DNA from: Monocercomonoides exilis PA203
Taxonomy: Eukaryota; Protista; Preaxostyla
Assembly: GCA_001643675.2 (NCBI GenBank)
Contig: LSRY02000063.1
Coordinates: 186,001 to 250,000, forward strand
Length of the DNA: 64,000 nt
Reading direction: 5' to 3'
Positions 10,650-23,683 of the stretch are shown here, piece by piece (position 1 is the stretch's first letter; each line of letters begins with the position of its first letter). The notes under the pieces were generated by a model. That model worked only from the letters and a program-made list of their open reading frames with translations. It was not told the origin of the DNA and did not search any database. The position numbers and the translations under genes are program-made.

Positions 10650-12697
10650 TTACTTCTGGCTTAGCAGTGATTGCAAGGGACTTGAATTTGTGTTCTTTTT
10701 TGATGATCCTGCTTTTTTTGAAATATCTAAAGATGTTCTGCATGAAGTTGAAGATGAGGAAGTCGTTTGTGCAAAATGAAAATTTAATGAGTCTGAAGCA
10801 TTTAAACTTTCATTTTGAGATAGAGGAATTGATGAAGATAATTGATCAAAACTGGAAAATGAAGAGACTTGGGAAGAAGATGAAAAGGAAGATGAAGAAG
10901 ATGAAGATGGTGAAGAAAACGCAGGAAAAGGTTGAGTAGAAGTTTGAGTGAATAAATTGGTTGACTTCCATTGATTCGGAAGAAACCAAGCCTGAGAATT
11001 GTCAGAAATCAAATTTTGTTCATCAGAAATGCATCTTTCTCGCTCAAGCGCTTCAATTCTTTTATTATTCCTTTGATCTTGAATTGTCTCAATTTCTTTC
11101 TCTCTTCGCTGCTTTGCTTTTTCAGCTAATAATGTTCTGTGATCACTATCTAAATCATATGGGTCATTCTTTTTGAAAAGTCGCTCCAGATCAAAAATTC
11201 ATCCCATGAAAGTTAATAAAAAACACTCCGTTCCCATTACACAAATGAAAATATCGAATTTTCACAATAATGTTTGTTGGCTGATAACAAACTTTTTTAT
11301 AAGAAGATATATTCAACCACAAAAAATTATGTATCAATTTTTTGATCAAAATTTAAATATCATTTTTTCGATGAAAAAGAGTTTCACTTGATTGAAGCAC
11401 TTTGCAATTGTTTATTAATGAAATGAACAAGGTGCGTTTCAATTTTATTTCATCAAAATTCTGAGATTCGAAGATAAATCAAATTCTTATTTGATTAAAA
11501 ATTTTTATTGCACAGAATGTGCCTGGAATTTAAAATTTTGCGTATATTACTCCCACAAGTTTGATAAAAAATGAAACACATACATATCAAAGGTTTTCAT
11601 TCAGCTTTTATATGAATGTTTTTATTTTATAATTGTTATAAAAATTATTCATTTTTTAGCTTAACAAATTAGTAGCTAATGATAGAGAGCCTAACATGAT
11701 AGAAATAGCGATGTGGGGAGTCACAACAGAATTGTTTGTTGGGGAAGAAGAACTTCTGATGATGGTGATGAAATATCAGAGCGAGACGATATTTGTATCC
11801 TCAGTTGCAGACAACCACGAAGATAGCAAGCAATGTGGAGAGTTCAACATGCGCAGTGAGTCGTTGAATGTGGGAGTGACGCACATAATTCCATCTCTGA
11901 CTCGCAACTGCTAATCTCAAAGGAGACGGTTATTGTTGGGAAATGTGAAGCGAAGGATGTGATCATCTGCTCACTTCAATCTCCCTCATCTGCTTCAGTT
12001 CAACTGAACTCAACAATAACAGGCAAGAGAAGTCTTATCACAACCTCAGAGAATGTTCGGATCGAAAATGCAAAATTCAACTTTGTTCGGTTTTTTCTTA
12101 TTCTGGAAGTTCAATCATTCAAAAAGCAAATGGTCAACTTTCTCTTTCATTTGTGAACGTTTCTTCTGTTTGTGAGGCAGATATGATTCAGCCTATTGCT
12201 CTCAATTCAATGTTGCTGAAGATAGAAAATGGAATTCTTCATGTTGACAACTACGCAATAACGTTCCTTTCATTCAAGAAGCCTTCATTTTTGTTGAATG
12301 GAGATGAGATTAATTTTACAAATGTTAAACTGAAACAAATCAAATCAACAACAGATATATTTGAGATTGACAATTGTGGAAGGATTGCATTCATTTGAGT
12401 TGTTTCAGATGGAGTGAAGATGTTCTTATGTTGTGTCCTTGTGATTAACAGCTCAACTTCAGGAACAGTTTCTTTTGGAAGCTCATCATTCAAGAATTGC
12501 TCAAGGAATTCGTAAGTAGCTTCAATTCTTTTGGTGTCTCTTCAACTTCTTCACCTTCTTCTAAATAATCTTCATAAATTTCTTCTTCTTCCTCTTCCTC
12601 TTCCTCTTCCTCTTCTTCTTCTTCTTCCTCTTCCTCTTCCTCTTCCTCTTCTTCTTCTTCTTCCTCTTCCTCTTCCTCCTCCTCCTCTTCCTCTTCT

Positions 12698-12744
<47 letters not shown>

Positions 12745-12790
12745 TTCTTCTTCTTCTTCTTCTTCTTCTTCTTCTTCTTCTTCTTCTTCT

Positions 12791-12829
<39 letters not shown>

Positions 12830-12886
12830 TCCTCTTCCTCTTCCTCTTCTTCTTCCTCTTCCTCTTCCTCTTCCTCTTCCTCTTCT

Positions 12887-12925
<39 letters not shown>

Positions 12926-13072
12926 TCCTCTTCCTCTTCCTCTTCCTCTTCCTCTTTTTCTTCCTCTTCCTCTTCCTCTTCCTCTTCTTCTTCTTCTTTT
13001 TCTTCCTCTTCTTCTTCCTCTTCCTCTTCCTCTTCCTCTTCTTCTTCTTCTTCCTCTTCCTCTTCCTCTTCC

Positions 13073-13104
<32 letters not shown>

Positions 13105-13120
13105 TTCCTCTTCCTCTTCT

Positions 13121-13159
<39 letters not shown>

Positions 13160-13210
13160 TCCTCTTCCTCTTCCTCCTCCTCTTCCTCTTCCTCTTCCTC
13201 TTCCTCTTCT

Positions 13211-13249
<39 letters not shown>

Positions 13250-13312
13250 TCCTCTTCCTCTTCCTCTTCCTCTTCTTCTTCTTCTTCCTCTTCCTCTTCC
13301 TCTTCCTCTTCC

Positions 13313-13344
<32 letters not shown>

Positions 13345-13360
13345 TTCCTCTTCCTCTTCT

Positions 13361-13399
<39 letters not shown>

Positions 13400-13603
13400 T
13401 CCTCTTCCTCTTCCTCTTCCTCTTCCTCTTTTTCTTCCTCTTCCTCTTCCTCTTCCTCTTCTTCTTCTTCTTCCTCTTCCTCTTCTTCTTCCTCTTCCTC
13501 TTCCTCTTCCTCTTCTTCTTCTTCTTCCTCTTCCTCTTCCTCTTCCTCTTCCTCTTCTTCCTCCTCCTCCTCTTCCTCTTCCTCCTCCTCCTCTTCCTCT
13601 TCT

Positions 13604-13642
<39 letters not shown>

Positions 13643-13693
13643 TCCTCTTCCTCTTCCTCTTCCTCTTCCTCTTTTTCTTCCTCTTCCTCTTCC

Positions 13694-13738
<45 letters not shown>

Positions 13739-13897
13739 TCCTCTTCCTCTTCCTCTTCTTCTTCTTCTTCCTCTTCCTCTTCCTCTTCCTCTTCCTCTTC
13801 CTCTTCCTCTTCCTCTTCCTCTTCCTCTTCCTCTTCCTCTTCCTCTTCCTCTTCCTCTTCCTCTTCCTCTTTTTCTTCCTCTTCTTCTTTTTCTTCT

Positions 13898-13936
<39 letters not shown>

Positions 13937-16900
13937 TCCTCTTCCTCTTCCTCTTCTTCTTCTTCTTCCTCTTCCTCTTCCTCTTCCTCTTCCTCTTCCT
14001 CTTCCTCTTCCTCTTCTTCTTCTTCTTCTTCTTCTTCTTCCTCTTCCTCTTCCTCTTCCTCTTCCTCTTCCTCTTCCTCTTCCTCTTCTTCTTCTTCTTC
14101 CTCTTCCTCTTCCTCTTCCTCTTTTTCTTCCTCTTCCTCTTCCTCTTCCTCTTCTTCTTCTTCTTTTTCTTCCTCTTCTTCTTCCTCTTCCTCTTCCTCT
14201 TCCTCTTCCTCTTCCTCTTCCTCTTCCTCTTCCTCTTCCTCTTCCTCTTCTTCTTCCTCTTCCTCTTCCTCTTCCTCCTCCTCCTCTTCTTCATCTTCTT
14301 CTTCTTCTTCTTCTAACTCCTTTTTCTCATTTTCCTTCTTCTCTCAAATTCTCCAAAAATGATCAAATATCATTAAAGAAAGAAGGAAAAGAGGGAAAAG
14401 AAAAAGGTTACGACGAGATGAAAACGGTGATGAAAATATTGTTTTGTAAATTTGATGGTTGATCATATGCAATATCCACCAAATAATCAGAGAGCATTGC
14501 TTTGTTTCATCACTTTCCATTCAGTATTTGTTTAATACAGCGATGAAGAAACAGATGTTGATGAGTTATTGAAAAATATGACTTTTATTTCATTTTCAAT
14601 GACTTTTTTTTGTGAAACAACATCCCTAACAAAATTGCACAAGCACAATCTGTCCTTCTTTTGTCTCCACCATCGACTGCACATCCTCCTCAGCTGCAGC
14701 CTCACCATCCTTTCCAGCAGCCGCACAATATGTAACTACACCCACCACCATTCATTCTTCTCTTCCACCGACTGGACAATCCACACTTGTTGCTTCAGCC
14801 CAAACAATTCACACGTCACCTTCGATACTGAATGAAACTCCTGCTCCAAGTTGACCAACACCATCTTGCCGCCTTCACAATCACATAATTCAAATTCTTC
14901 TGTAAAGGTTGTAACTTGTCAGCTTCATCGCAAACATCCGGAAGCTGCTTCTTCCCAAAAGTTATTCGGCAGAAACACCATGAACATAGAGGCATCTGCA
15001 TTCGTATTCTCCGACTGTATCCCCTCAAACAACCAACAGACATTTGAATCTCTTCTCCCACACCACTTCTAACACCATTCAATAACATGAAAACTCCAAT
15101 TCAATTCCAGTTAACTCCTTCTGTACAAATTCCCCAAGCAGTTCCATCTCTGCAAAGTCTTTCCTGAACAGTTCTTCCCCATTCATCCTAGCCCACAGCA
15201 CCGCCTCGCTCATCTTCTGCGTCGCTTTCTTCTGCCCCTGCCTCACCGCCCCCTCCCCTGCGCACCTGAGACTGCACCCGCCCTAGTCTGTTGCGATCTT
15301 GAATACGAATATCTACAGAATCTACGTCAGCTTCCACGTTAGCTACGACTGCAGACCTATCTTCAGCAACTTCAACTAACGCTTCATCTGCACAGACGAC
15401 CGCAGCGAGTGTGACACCCGAAGCACATGTGCTGATATACACGTTTCTTGTTCTAGCGGACTTGTCACTGCGCTCAACAGCCGCTCCCTCGCCGTCGACA
15501 CCGCCTTCAAAGGCACCCCACCTGACCCAGACAGCCCTGCCCCTGATCCGCCAGGCGAAGTCACAAGCCACTCCGCCTCTTCCCGTTGTCTTCTGTCTGT
15601 CATCTGCTCACGAAGCAAATACAGCCACTGCACGACATTCGCCTTCCCTTCATTTTTCTTTGCCACTGCTGGAACTGCAGTTCACATCCAGTCATCCCGC
15701 TCTCTCTTCGGATCATTGTGCTGACACAGCGGAATCCCCTACTACGCGCTTGCATTTCTTTCTGCTGCCTTTTCACACTCCTCTTCTTCCTCGTATTCAA
15801 CACCTTGACTTCTGTTCCTCTTCCTCCTCCTTTCTCCATCTATCTCTCTCGTCTCTTTCAACAGTCCTTTCTTCCCTGCTTACTCCAAAGTCCACTTGCA
15901 CCGCATTCTCTTCCAGCTTCTTCACCTAACCAGGCATTCGTTAAGCAATCTCTTCATATGATGCATTCATTTTCATCTGCTCCTTCTTTTTTGCTCAAGC
16001 GCCTTCTGCTGCTTCTCAATCGCCTCCTTGAACAGCATCTTCTGCTCGCATGCAGTCTGCTTCTGCAATTTCGACAATGCAATCATCATCTTCAATTCCT
16101 TCTCCGTTTTGCAATTCTTCTGTCTCACAGTTTCATCAACTCCTCCTCCACAATCACCGCCATCACTGGCCTCGGCACCATTCTTCTCTGATCTCTTGCT
16201 GATCCCAGATCTCGTTCCCTCACTTCCACAACCTCTTCCACTATCGTTGTTTGTTTTTCTCACAACACTCACCCCGCTCCCCACTTTCACGAAAACCCCT
16301 TCCCATTGAGATCTAGCCCAAGCATCACAATACTTCCATCCCCGATGCTCGCTGTAAACTTCTCCTTGTGCTTTTTACACAGCACAACAGCGGAATCAGC
16401 GAAGCCTTAGACAGAATTATTCGTCCACATACAGACATTAACAAAGAATACGGTGCAAGTGAAACTTCAATTTCCTGCATCGACCCCTTGCTGTTCCAAC
16501 TCACCACAACGCCCTGCTGCGCGCATCAATTCTTCACTTCTCAATCCTCATATTAATCAGTTCCGCCTTCTTCTTCATCGTCACCAGCTGCTCCTTCACC
16601 TCCTTCACCTGCATCACCTCTGCGTTGTTCCTCTCGTTCAGCTCCAGAATCTTCCTCTAATTCATCTGGATAATCTTGTCCTTCTCCTGCAGCTGCTCTG
16701 TCAGCCCGCTCATCCTATTCTCCTCCTTTTCATTTTCCAACTTCTTCTTCTTCATTTCTTTCTTCCAGCAAATGCAGCACAATCGCTGCAGGCGACAGTA
16801 GCACATCTTCCATCATCAGCCCCTCTGCCCCGCCGCCTCCAGCATCTTCTCCACAATCTCTCCCACTTCATTCACTACAACCATCCCCCTCCTCATTTAG

Positions 16901-19503
16901 TCGACCAGCTTCATCACTCCGCATGCCTCGACTGCTTCTATCGGTTCGCAAGGAATTCAATGGTCAATGAAGCCAGCGATGGCTCAGGCGGATTGAATAT
17001 TGGCAGTGACGCATTCACATCAACCGCTGTTTTGACAGGTTATTTTTACGACTTCTTTCTCAGGAAGTCATCAAGAAATGGGAGCAAAGCCACAAGTTGA
17101 ATGAAAAGCATTACACATCGAACGAACACAGCACATTCTGTTCAGCAGAGCACAACAAGCCAACTTTGAAAACTTAAAGTGCATGTAATAGTGATTGAAG
17201 TGATTGAAGTGATTGCAACAATGGAAGCAACAACAACCCAGCTGCTTTCTTCACAACTATCCGTAGCCACCTCTCAATTTCGTTCGTCGCTGCTGCCGAA
17301 ATGTATGAAGCCTCCACTGACGATGCATCCGAAGGAACAACCGCAGGCGCTGATGACGAAGGCAAAGATGAAGATGATTTATCATCTCCTGCAGCCTTCT
17401 TCTCCTTGTTTCTCCTTCTCCAGAATGGAGAAACTGACTGGAGAAGCCGCTCCAGTTAAAAAAAGATAAAGAATTTTAATGGCGCTGAGAAAAGAGACGA
17501 ATGCTGCAGTGCATCGACTTCAAGAAGCTTATTGAAACAACTTAACTCACAAAATTACAACACCTTCTGTGTCACAAACACTTGATCCATGTTAAAATTG
17601 GAAAAATCAAACATCACCGAAATCTCATCTTTTTTGATCTGATGGAATAGTTTGAACAGAATTTCTTTTGGAAGGGTGTTGAAATGAAAATAAACGGATG
17701 TGCAAAAAAGAAAATGAAAAGTTGAAAGCTATTTAAGATATGATTCTTGATATGATTCAAAACTTGAGATGTCATTTCTTTTTTGATTTTTAAATAAAAG
17801 GACATTTAATTTAAAGTAATAATATGTTATTCTTCATTTATTTTTTATTAAATTAATTATAGCTCAATATTCACAGCTTTTTGAATTTCTTATAAAACAA
17901 TGAAAACAGTATCGACGAAATTTTCTAGTTTAATAATTTCTAACAAAAAATACTCAAATAAAAGCAAGCTAATTCTATTAGTCTTTCTGCATAGGAACAT
18001 ATTCAAAAAGAAGTCCACATTCAGAAAATCAAAACGTTGATTTGAACAATTGAAATGAAAACAACGAAATATGAACAAATTATTCAGTAGCTCCAAAAAA
18101 CAAGAAAATAATAGAAAATATCATTAAAATGATTATATAGCGAAAATAATATATGAAATCTGTTTCATTGAAACGCAGTATTCGGAGATAGGGTGACAAA
18201 ATTGAAAAGAATAATACTCAGCAACATATGATGGTAACGGAATGATCAACATTTTTGATCATTTTTGATCTAATTTTCAGATCAGTTAAACGTTTGCGAC
18301 TTTTCAAAAGAATGACCCATATAAAAAATAAAAATATGGTAAAATGAAGAAGAAAAAAAGTCAATTAAAATAAACAATAATGGTATTAAAATGAAAAATA
18401 AGCCTCCTAAATCTGCTAATAATGAAGAAATTGTGGGTGTAGGTGATTCTGTAGGATTCAGTCTATTTTTCATTTTAGATAAATATCTCTCGTTTGTAAT
18501 CTTTCTGGCTTCTATTTTTCTCATGTGACTCGCATAAAGCTCCTCCAAAAACAATGTATTTGCTTCTGCGTCTTTCTTTGTGAGTGGATTTTGTAATATA
18601 TGAAAGTTAGTGAGGCAGCATGCTACGCAAAAATAGTCTGCAACCTTCACGACATCAAATAACCAAGGTTTTCTGAAGACTGTGAAGAGTGTTTTGAGTC
18701 TTCCGAAAAATCTTTCCACGATAACGCGATGTGTGGCCAATTCTGGAGTTCCCACGGGCTTTGTGATGATGGCTTCAAGCTCTGGTTTTGCTCCAATGTA
18801 AGCAGAATCAGCTAAAATCTTTGCTCCTCCCAGTCTATGCTCGAATGTCGGGTAGTGCTCTTTGAAAATAGTGAAATCATGTGTCGAACCAGTGTAGATG
18901 GAGCTAATCGTGCTTGCTGTCCCCACCTTGGGGTTCACTCCCACCTCCGCTTTGACGCAGTAAATGTGATGCTTTCCTGAATAATACTTTTTTCCATATT
19001 CCAGCTTTCCTCCCGGTCTGTTTGTTGGAATGACAGTACAATCAACAACAATTCCCACATCTTTCAACTCCTCCAAACGATCAGGACGAAAAGATAGAAA
19101 AAGTTCTGTCAGTTGATGTTTGATAGATGTTGCTGTTGAGTGCAACAAACGAACAACCGCACTTTGTGTTTCATATTTGGATTTCGCCAACAACAATGTC
19201 ATTGTGAGTGAGCCATGATGAAGAAAATTTATGAGTAAGAAAAGTTGCTCCTCCAAAGAGTCAATTGCTTTGACCTTTCCACGATGAGGTAAAGCGTTAT
19301 CAGAAAGAAGCTGAGAAAGAAGATCAAATTCTGAACGACTAAATCCAGTCAATCTGAAAAACCCAGTTGACTTATCCAAAAATTTCGAACAAGCTATTTC
19401 GATGATTGTTGTGTTTTTTCTTCTTTTGTTGCATGAATATGTGTCGGAATGACATTCCTTTTTCCACACATTTCAGAACATCCATGAAAGTGTTTTGAGA
19501 CAT
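10650..19503 (-). CDS. DDE_Tnp_4-like transposase (E3): exon 1 ~18403-19503, exon 2 10650-~11148; 5' homopolymer frameshifts possibly sequencing error
   Basis: ORF 18282-19469 carries the triad. Exon 2 (WFLPNQWKS...PLQSLLSQK*) lies on the far side of the inserted element. The duplicate ORF 34912-36117 is open through this region. Confidence 0.7.
11696..12515 (+). pseudogene. Degenerate fragment of a beta-helix-like surface protein gene (cargo)
   Basis: Broken frames with motifs such as LLKIENGILHVDNYAI and SSSFKNCSR; internal stops and frameshifts; possible GTAAGT donor before the repeat tract. Confidence 0.4.
12581..14313. repeat. (TCT/TCC)n polypyrimidine trinucleotide mosaic, ~1.7 kb
   Basis: Directly visible; internal higher-order blocks (e.g. 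13081 repeats at 13321). Confidence 0.95.
14550..17600. pseudogene. GC-richer mosaic of decayed gene/repeat fragments (cargo of Z)
   Basis: No long open frame. Includes a minus-strand surface-protein-like piece (EGGKMVLVNL, ~14600-15200), a minus-strand coiled-coil-like piece and a plus-strand repeat-family piece (MPRLLLSVRKEFNGQ..., ~16923-17470). Confidence 0.35.
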
Positions 19504-19834
19504 CAATTCACTCTTTTCAAAATGTCAAAAACAATGCAACCCTTTATTCATATTTATCAAATGATCAAAAATGAACCCATGATTTGATATATAAGTTTTG
19601 ACTTTGTAAAAACCGTTTTTATTTATAATATTTGTTTTATGTTCGTTTAAATGGTATTGGATTTATCTAACACCAAATGACTAAATAAAATAGTTTTAGT
19701 TCTAGTGAGGGATTTAACCCGGCACCAGAATTTAACCCGGTACCACTTTTTCAATGATCACATTTTCGAAAAATTTCGATGAAAACAAATTTGTGAAAAA
19801 TGAAAAAAATATACATAATAATATGTGTAACAAC

Positions 19835-19899
19835 TAAACCTGTGTGACGTGATAAAGATTTTGTCTTCACGTCCGTCACTAAATTTTTTTCACGTCAGT

Positions 19900-19959
<60 letters not shown>

Positions 19960-22900
19960 TTACAAATACGAATAAATAATAGAATGTACGTTTATTATTT
20001 TTTTCATAAAGATAATATTTTGATTTCAATGTCCCATAATGAAATTATATCTTTAATGAAACTTGATTTTGCTTTGAAATTCCTATATTATTTTGATCAT
20101 CCTCAATATAATGAATAATCAATGATTTTGTCACGAACGTTTTGAGTTTTTGTTGCTCGAAAATTTTTTTCATCGATGCATAACCGAATTCAATGTGAAA
20201 GGTTAAATGTCCCATTGTCAGAATGTTTTATTCCTTCGAAAATTCAGTCAAAGATAGCAACTTGAAAAACTCAAAGGTTTGCAAGCATTTATGAATCGAA
20301 ATTCTTGATTGTATCTTATGTATCTAAATATATGTTTATGAATTTGAACGCTGTGATGAGGAAGAGCAGAAACAGAACATTGAATGAAATGAATAAAGAA
20401 CAATTCATTTCATTTTTCACAGAAGAAGTAATCAATGAAACGTGCAAACTGATTACAGAAAAGAAGCTATCAACAGAAAATACCATTTTGCTGTTGAAGT
20501 CCATTGGATATTGTAGTGAATTGAAAAATGCTTATAATCTGCACTTGAAGAAACTGCATTGTGCGAAAGATATGAGAATAATATAGTTGAAGAGATAAGA
20601 AAAGAAAAGAAGAATGAAAAACTTCTTTTGTTCATTGCGAATGCTTCCTTATGCCTTATCAGAGGTTTTTATCAAAATCATTTTCAATCTGTGAGCCCCA
20701 TCTTCTGAAAGTTTATTCAGACAAAGAGTGAAAGATTGAAATTCTTAAAGAAGTTGAAATGAATTACTAGCATTGAGATATATTGGATGTTGTGTTCAAG
20801 CATTTCTTTCTCATTTTTGATATTTATTATTGATTTTTTTTTTTAATTCTGACTCAGAAATCTTTAAAAAGCCATATTTGAATTAGAGAATAGATATCAC
20901 CGAATATTGTCAGGAGCATCCCAATCTTTCACGACTCGCCTATCAATCTGCGTGGTAGTTTTTGATAAACCAACTTCGGGTTTACAGAAGCTTGAAGGGA
21001 GAGGTTGTGAATATGCTGCATTTTGAGAGAAAGGTTGAAAGAGAATTGGATGAGTTGAAGAAATGTGTTAATTTTTTGAGAAAAGAAGAAAGAGCAGGAG
21101 AAAAAGAAACGAAAAAAGTGCTTATTATATTGAGATGGATCCAAACATTGAATTCTTATTTTTTCAAAGTGCGGATTATGGAATGAATAATTCACTGAGC
21201 TTTTCAGCAGAGTTGTTCAGATGTTTCGTGCAGCTGAGAATAATTACTGAGATATTGGCAAGGAATACATTGATTTCTTTAGCGAGGCTGTGAATAACAG
21301 TGCAATGAAGTTTGAAACTTTGTTGAAGGGAGAAGCTATCGATCATTTTCGGATGAGATACAGAGTGCAACGTTGGATGACAAGATGTTATATGATGACT
21401 TTGTATTTTTTTAGAATTTTTTGAGGCAATTGAAAGGAAAGGATATTTGTGGGAGGAAGAAGCGAAAAGAAAAGTGTTGACATGGAAGGAATTTGAAAAG
21501 ATAAATGAAGAAGGATCTGAAAATGTCATTCTAAATTTTAAAGGAATGAATTTTCATTTTCACATAGAAAATGATGATGAAGAGTTTTCATTTTATTTTT
21601 TTTTTTTTTTGATTTTTTGTGAATATTTCAGCAAATGATGACCATTTCATTCAATAACTTAAATTTGATATTTTTATCAACCATTTCGAAATATGGAAAA
21701 TAGGAATTGATTGGATTTTTGGATGCTTCTGTTTTTAACAACTTTGTAATAAAACGAATAAAAAAAAAAAAGAACCTTCAACTGTTCACAAAGAAGAGAG
21801 AAATGGAGATTCTGGTTCTGTTTGATTGAAGAGTAGCTTTTCTGTTAAAACGGCCTCTTCAATTTTTCAAGCAAGCTTATGATAATTAACTGGTTAAGGG
21901 AACACCAAAATATTCACTTCAAAAGTTTTGCTCCACGTTTTCGTGCATTTGTATAATTCCTTTTCTAAAACTGTTGGTAAATATCTGGTTTAGAAAAAAT
22001 ATTTCTGAACAAGCAAGATCAATAAAGAAATTTATCTGCAAATTTTATTTCTTTCTTTGTTTTGATATGCTTTCTTGTTAAAATCACTTCCGCGGCCAGG
22101 CCTTCTGACTCATATGGGCTGAGTTGATAATAAGTTTTTGACTGAAAGAAGAGTTATAAAGATAAGATGATGATGAATGGACTCTCTGACAATATGGTTA
22201 TTTACATGGCGCTGTGAAAAGAAACTGAAATATTAAACTCTGTATTTTCTGTGTTGAAAATCTATTGTTTGCTGTAATTTAAGGAATTAGATATTTCAAT
22301 ATCTCATGAAGAAAGTCTCTAAATCGATTCATCTTTCACAATCAAAATTGGAAACATTAAATACTTAGGATGGATCGGTTTTATTCTTTTCGCATAACAA
22401 CTATCTGAGCTTTGTGCTCCATGAAAAATGAATTTTCACAAATATTGAAGCAAAGAAAATTCTTGGAATAAAAATTAATGTTTTTATATTTTATAAATAA
22501 TTGTGCGAACCTCTACGACTCTTCATTGCTTCCATAGCAAACGTGTCAAACAGATTGTTCTCTTCTGACAGAAACATTTAACTTACAGTTAAGAACAAAA
22601 ATACATGAGATATTTAAATCAAAAATTAACTGCAATTTAATAAATACCAAGTTTGTATTTCATTTCACAATATTTGCTTAGTCATATGAAACGTAATTTT
22701 GTATTATCTTATTGTATTAGAAAATTATTGTTTGCTTTCTTTGAAAAAAGGAGAAAAAAATAGAAAAATTAAAAAGTTATGGTTGAATCCAATTTTAAAC
22801 GAGAATCTTGGTAATTTTGTTATAAAATAATGGACATTTTCATTTTGGTTCTTTTTCCAACAGAATAACTTCTCTGACTTCATGTGACGTCAGTGACTGA

Positions 22901-23167
22901 GCGACGTCAGTGACTTATCAAAATTCCGATTTTGATGATCACGTCAGTGAAATTATCATAATGGAAATATTAATGAATGAATAAAAACTTTTTTATTTGA
23001 TTATTCAGAAAAGAATCACAATAATATTAACTAAAAAAATTAATTTTGAACTAATATGCAACAATTACAATTTTTTTAAGGAATTGTTATCACAGACGCA
23101 AACATTTTTTTACGTCCGTCAGTATTGAAATTTTTCACGTCAGTGGTCATTACGTCACACAGGTTTA
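19835..23167. mobile_element. Non-autonomous hAT-like element Y1 (TAAACCTGTGTGACGT TIR, 8-bp TSD GTAACAAC)
   Basis: gtaacaac|taaacctgtgtgacgt ... acgtcacacaggttta|gtaacaac; clustered subterminal ACGTCA motifs. Confidence 0.85.
20330..21560 (+). pseudogene. Decayed member of an expanded helical protein family (cargo of Y1)
   Basis: EMNKEQFISFF, KKLSTENTILLLKSIGYC, QEHPNLSRLAYQSAW, ERELDELKKCV in broken frames. Confidence 0.55.
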
Positions 23168-23683
23168 GTAACAACACACGTTGGCATGAAAGAGGCATGT
23201 CTATATGATAAGTGATTTTCAAATAATAAAAATAATAAAAATCAAAAAAATATTCTTTCTTTTTTTTCAACAAATTGTGGTTATCAAAAATTTTCGCATT
23301 TAGTCAACATTTTTTGAAATTAGGCACAAATAACATTCGATTTCTTAATTCAAATTGTTTCAATTGTGGACGGATAAGAAGCAGTTGAATTATGTTCATT
23401 TCTTATCCGTCCACAATTGAAACAATTTGAATTAAGAAATCGAATGTTATTTGTGCCTAATTTCAAAAATGTTGACTAAAGAATATTTTTGATTTTATTA
23501 TTTTATTATTTGAAAATCACTTATCATATAGACATGCCTCTTTCAACGTGTGTTGTTACACATATTATGTATATTTTTTCATTTTTCACAAATTTGTTTT
23601 CATCGAAATTTTTCGAAAATGTGATCATTGAAAAAGTGGTACCGGGTTAAATTCTGGTACCGGGTTAAATCCCTCACTAAACT

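Larger units (their letters stand above)
11161..18318. mobile_element. Non-autonomous cargo-carrying TIR element Z (GGGTCATTCTTTTTGAAAAGTCGC TIR, ATAT TSD)
   Basis: atat|gggtcattctttttgaaaagtcgc ... gcgacttttcaaaagaatgaccc|atat. The empty site (aatc atat aaaaaa) is visible at 43818-43831. Confidence 0.85.
10034..19703 (-). mobile_element. PHIS/Harbinger-type transposon E3, intron interrupted by a 7.2-kb element
   Basis: AGT|AGAACTT ... TAGTTCT|AGT; near-identical uninterrupted paralog E7 at 42702-45209. Confidence 0.8.
19707..23675. mobile_element. Foldback (palindromic) element X, interrupted by hAT-like Y1
   Basis: GAGGGATTTAACCCGG...CCGGGTTAAATCCCTC. After removing Y1 the arms are inverted almost to the centre (~23390). 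Flanks AGT / ACT. Confidence 0.8.

Noticed and set aside
12531-14462. Long poly-Leu/Pro, poly-Lys/Arg and poly-Glu ORFs (also 28506-30970)
   Set aside because: These follow from a stop-free trinucleotide tract; frames differ between the two copies and there is no independent coding evidence.
14550-17600. LINE/DIRS retrotransposon with a GAA tail
   Set aside because: No reverse transcriptase, endonuclease or tyrosine recombinase motifs could be recognized; it looks like mixed decayed fragments.
19713-19740. TTAACCC as a telomeric repeat, or a CRISPR-like repeat
   Set aside because: Only two copies per end, inside the TIR of the foldback element; no array or spacers.
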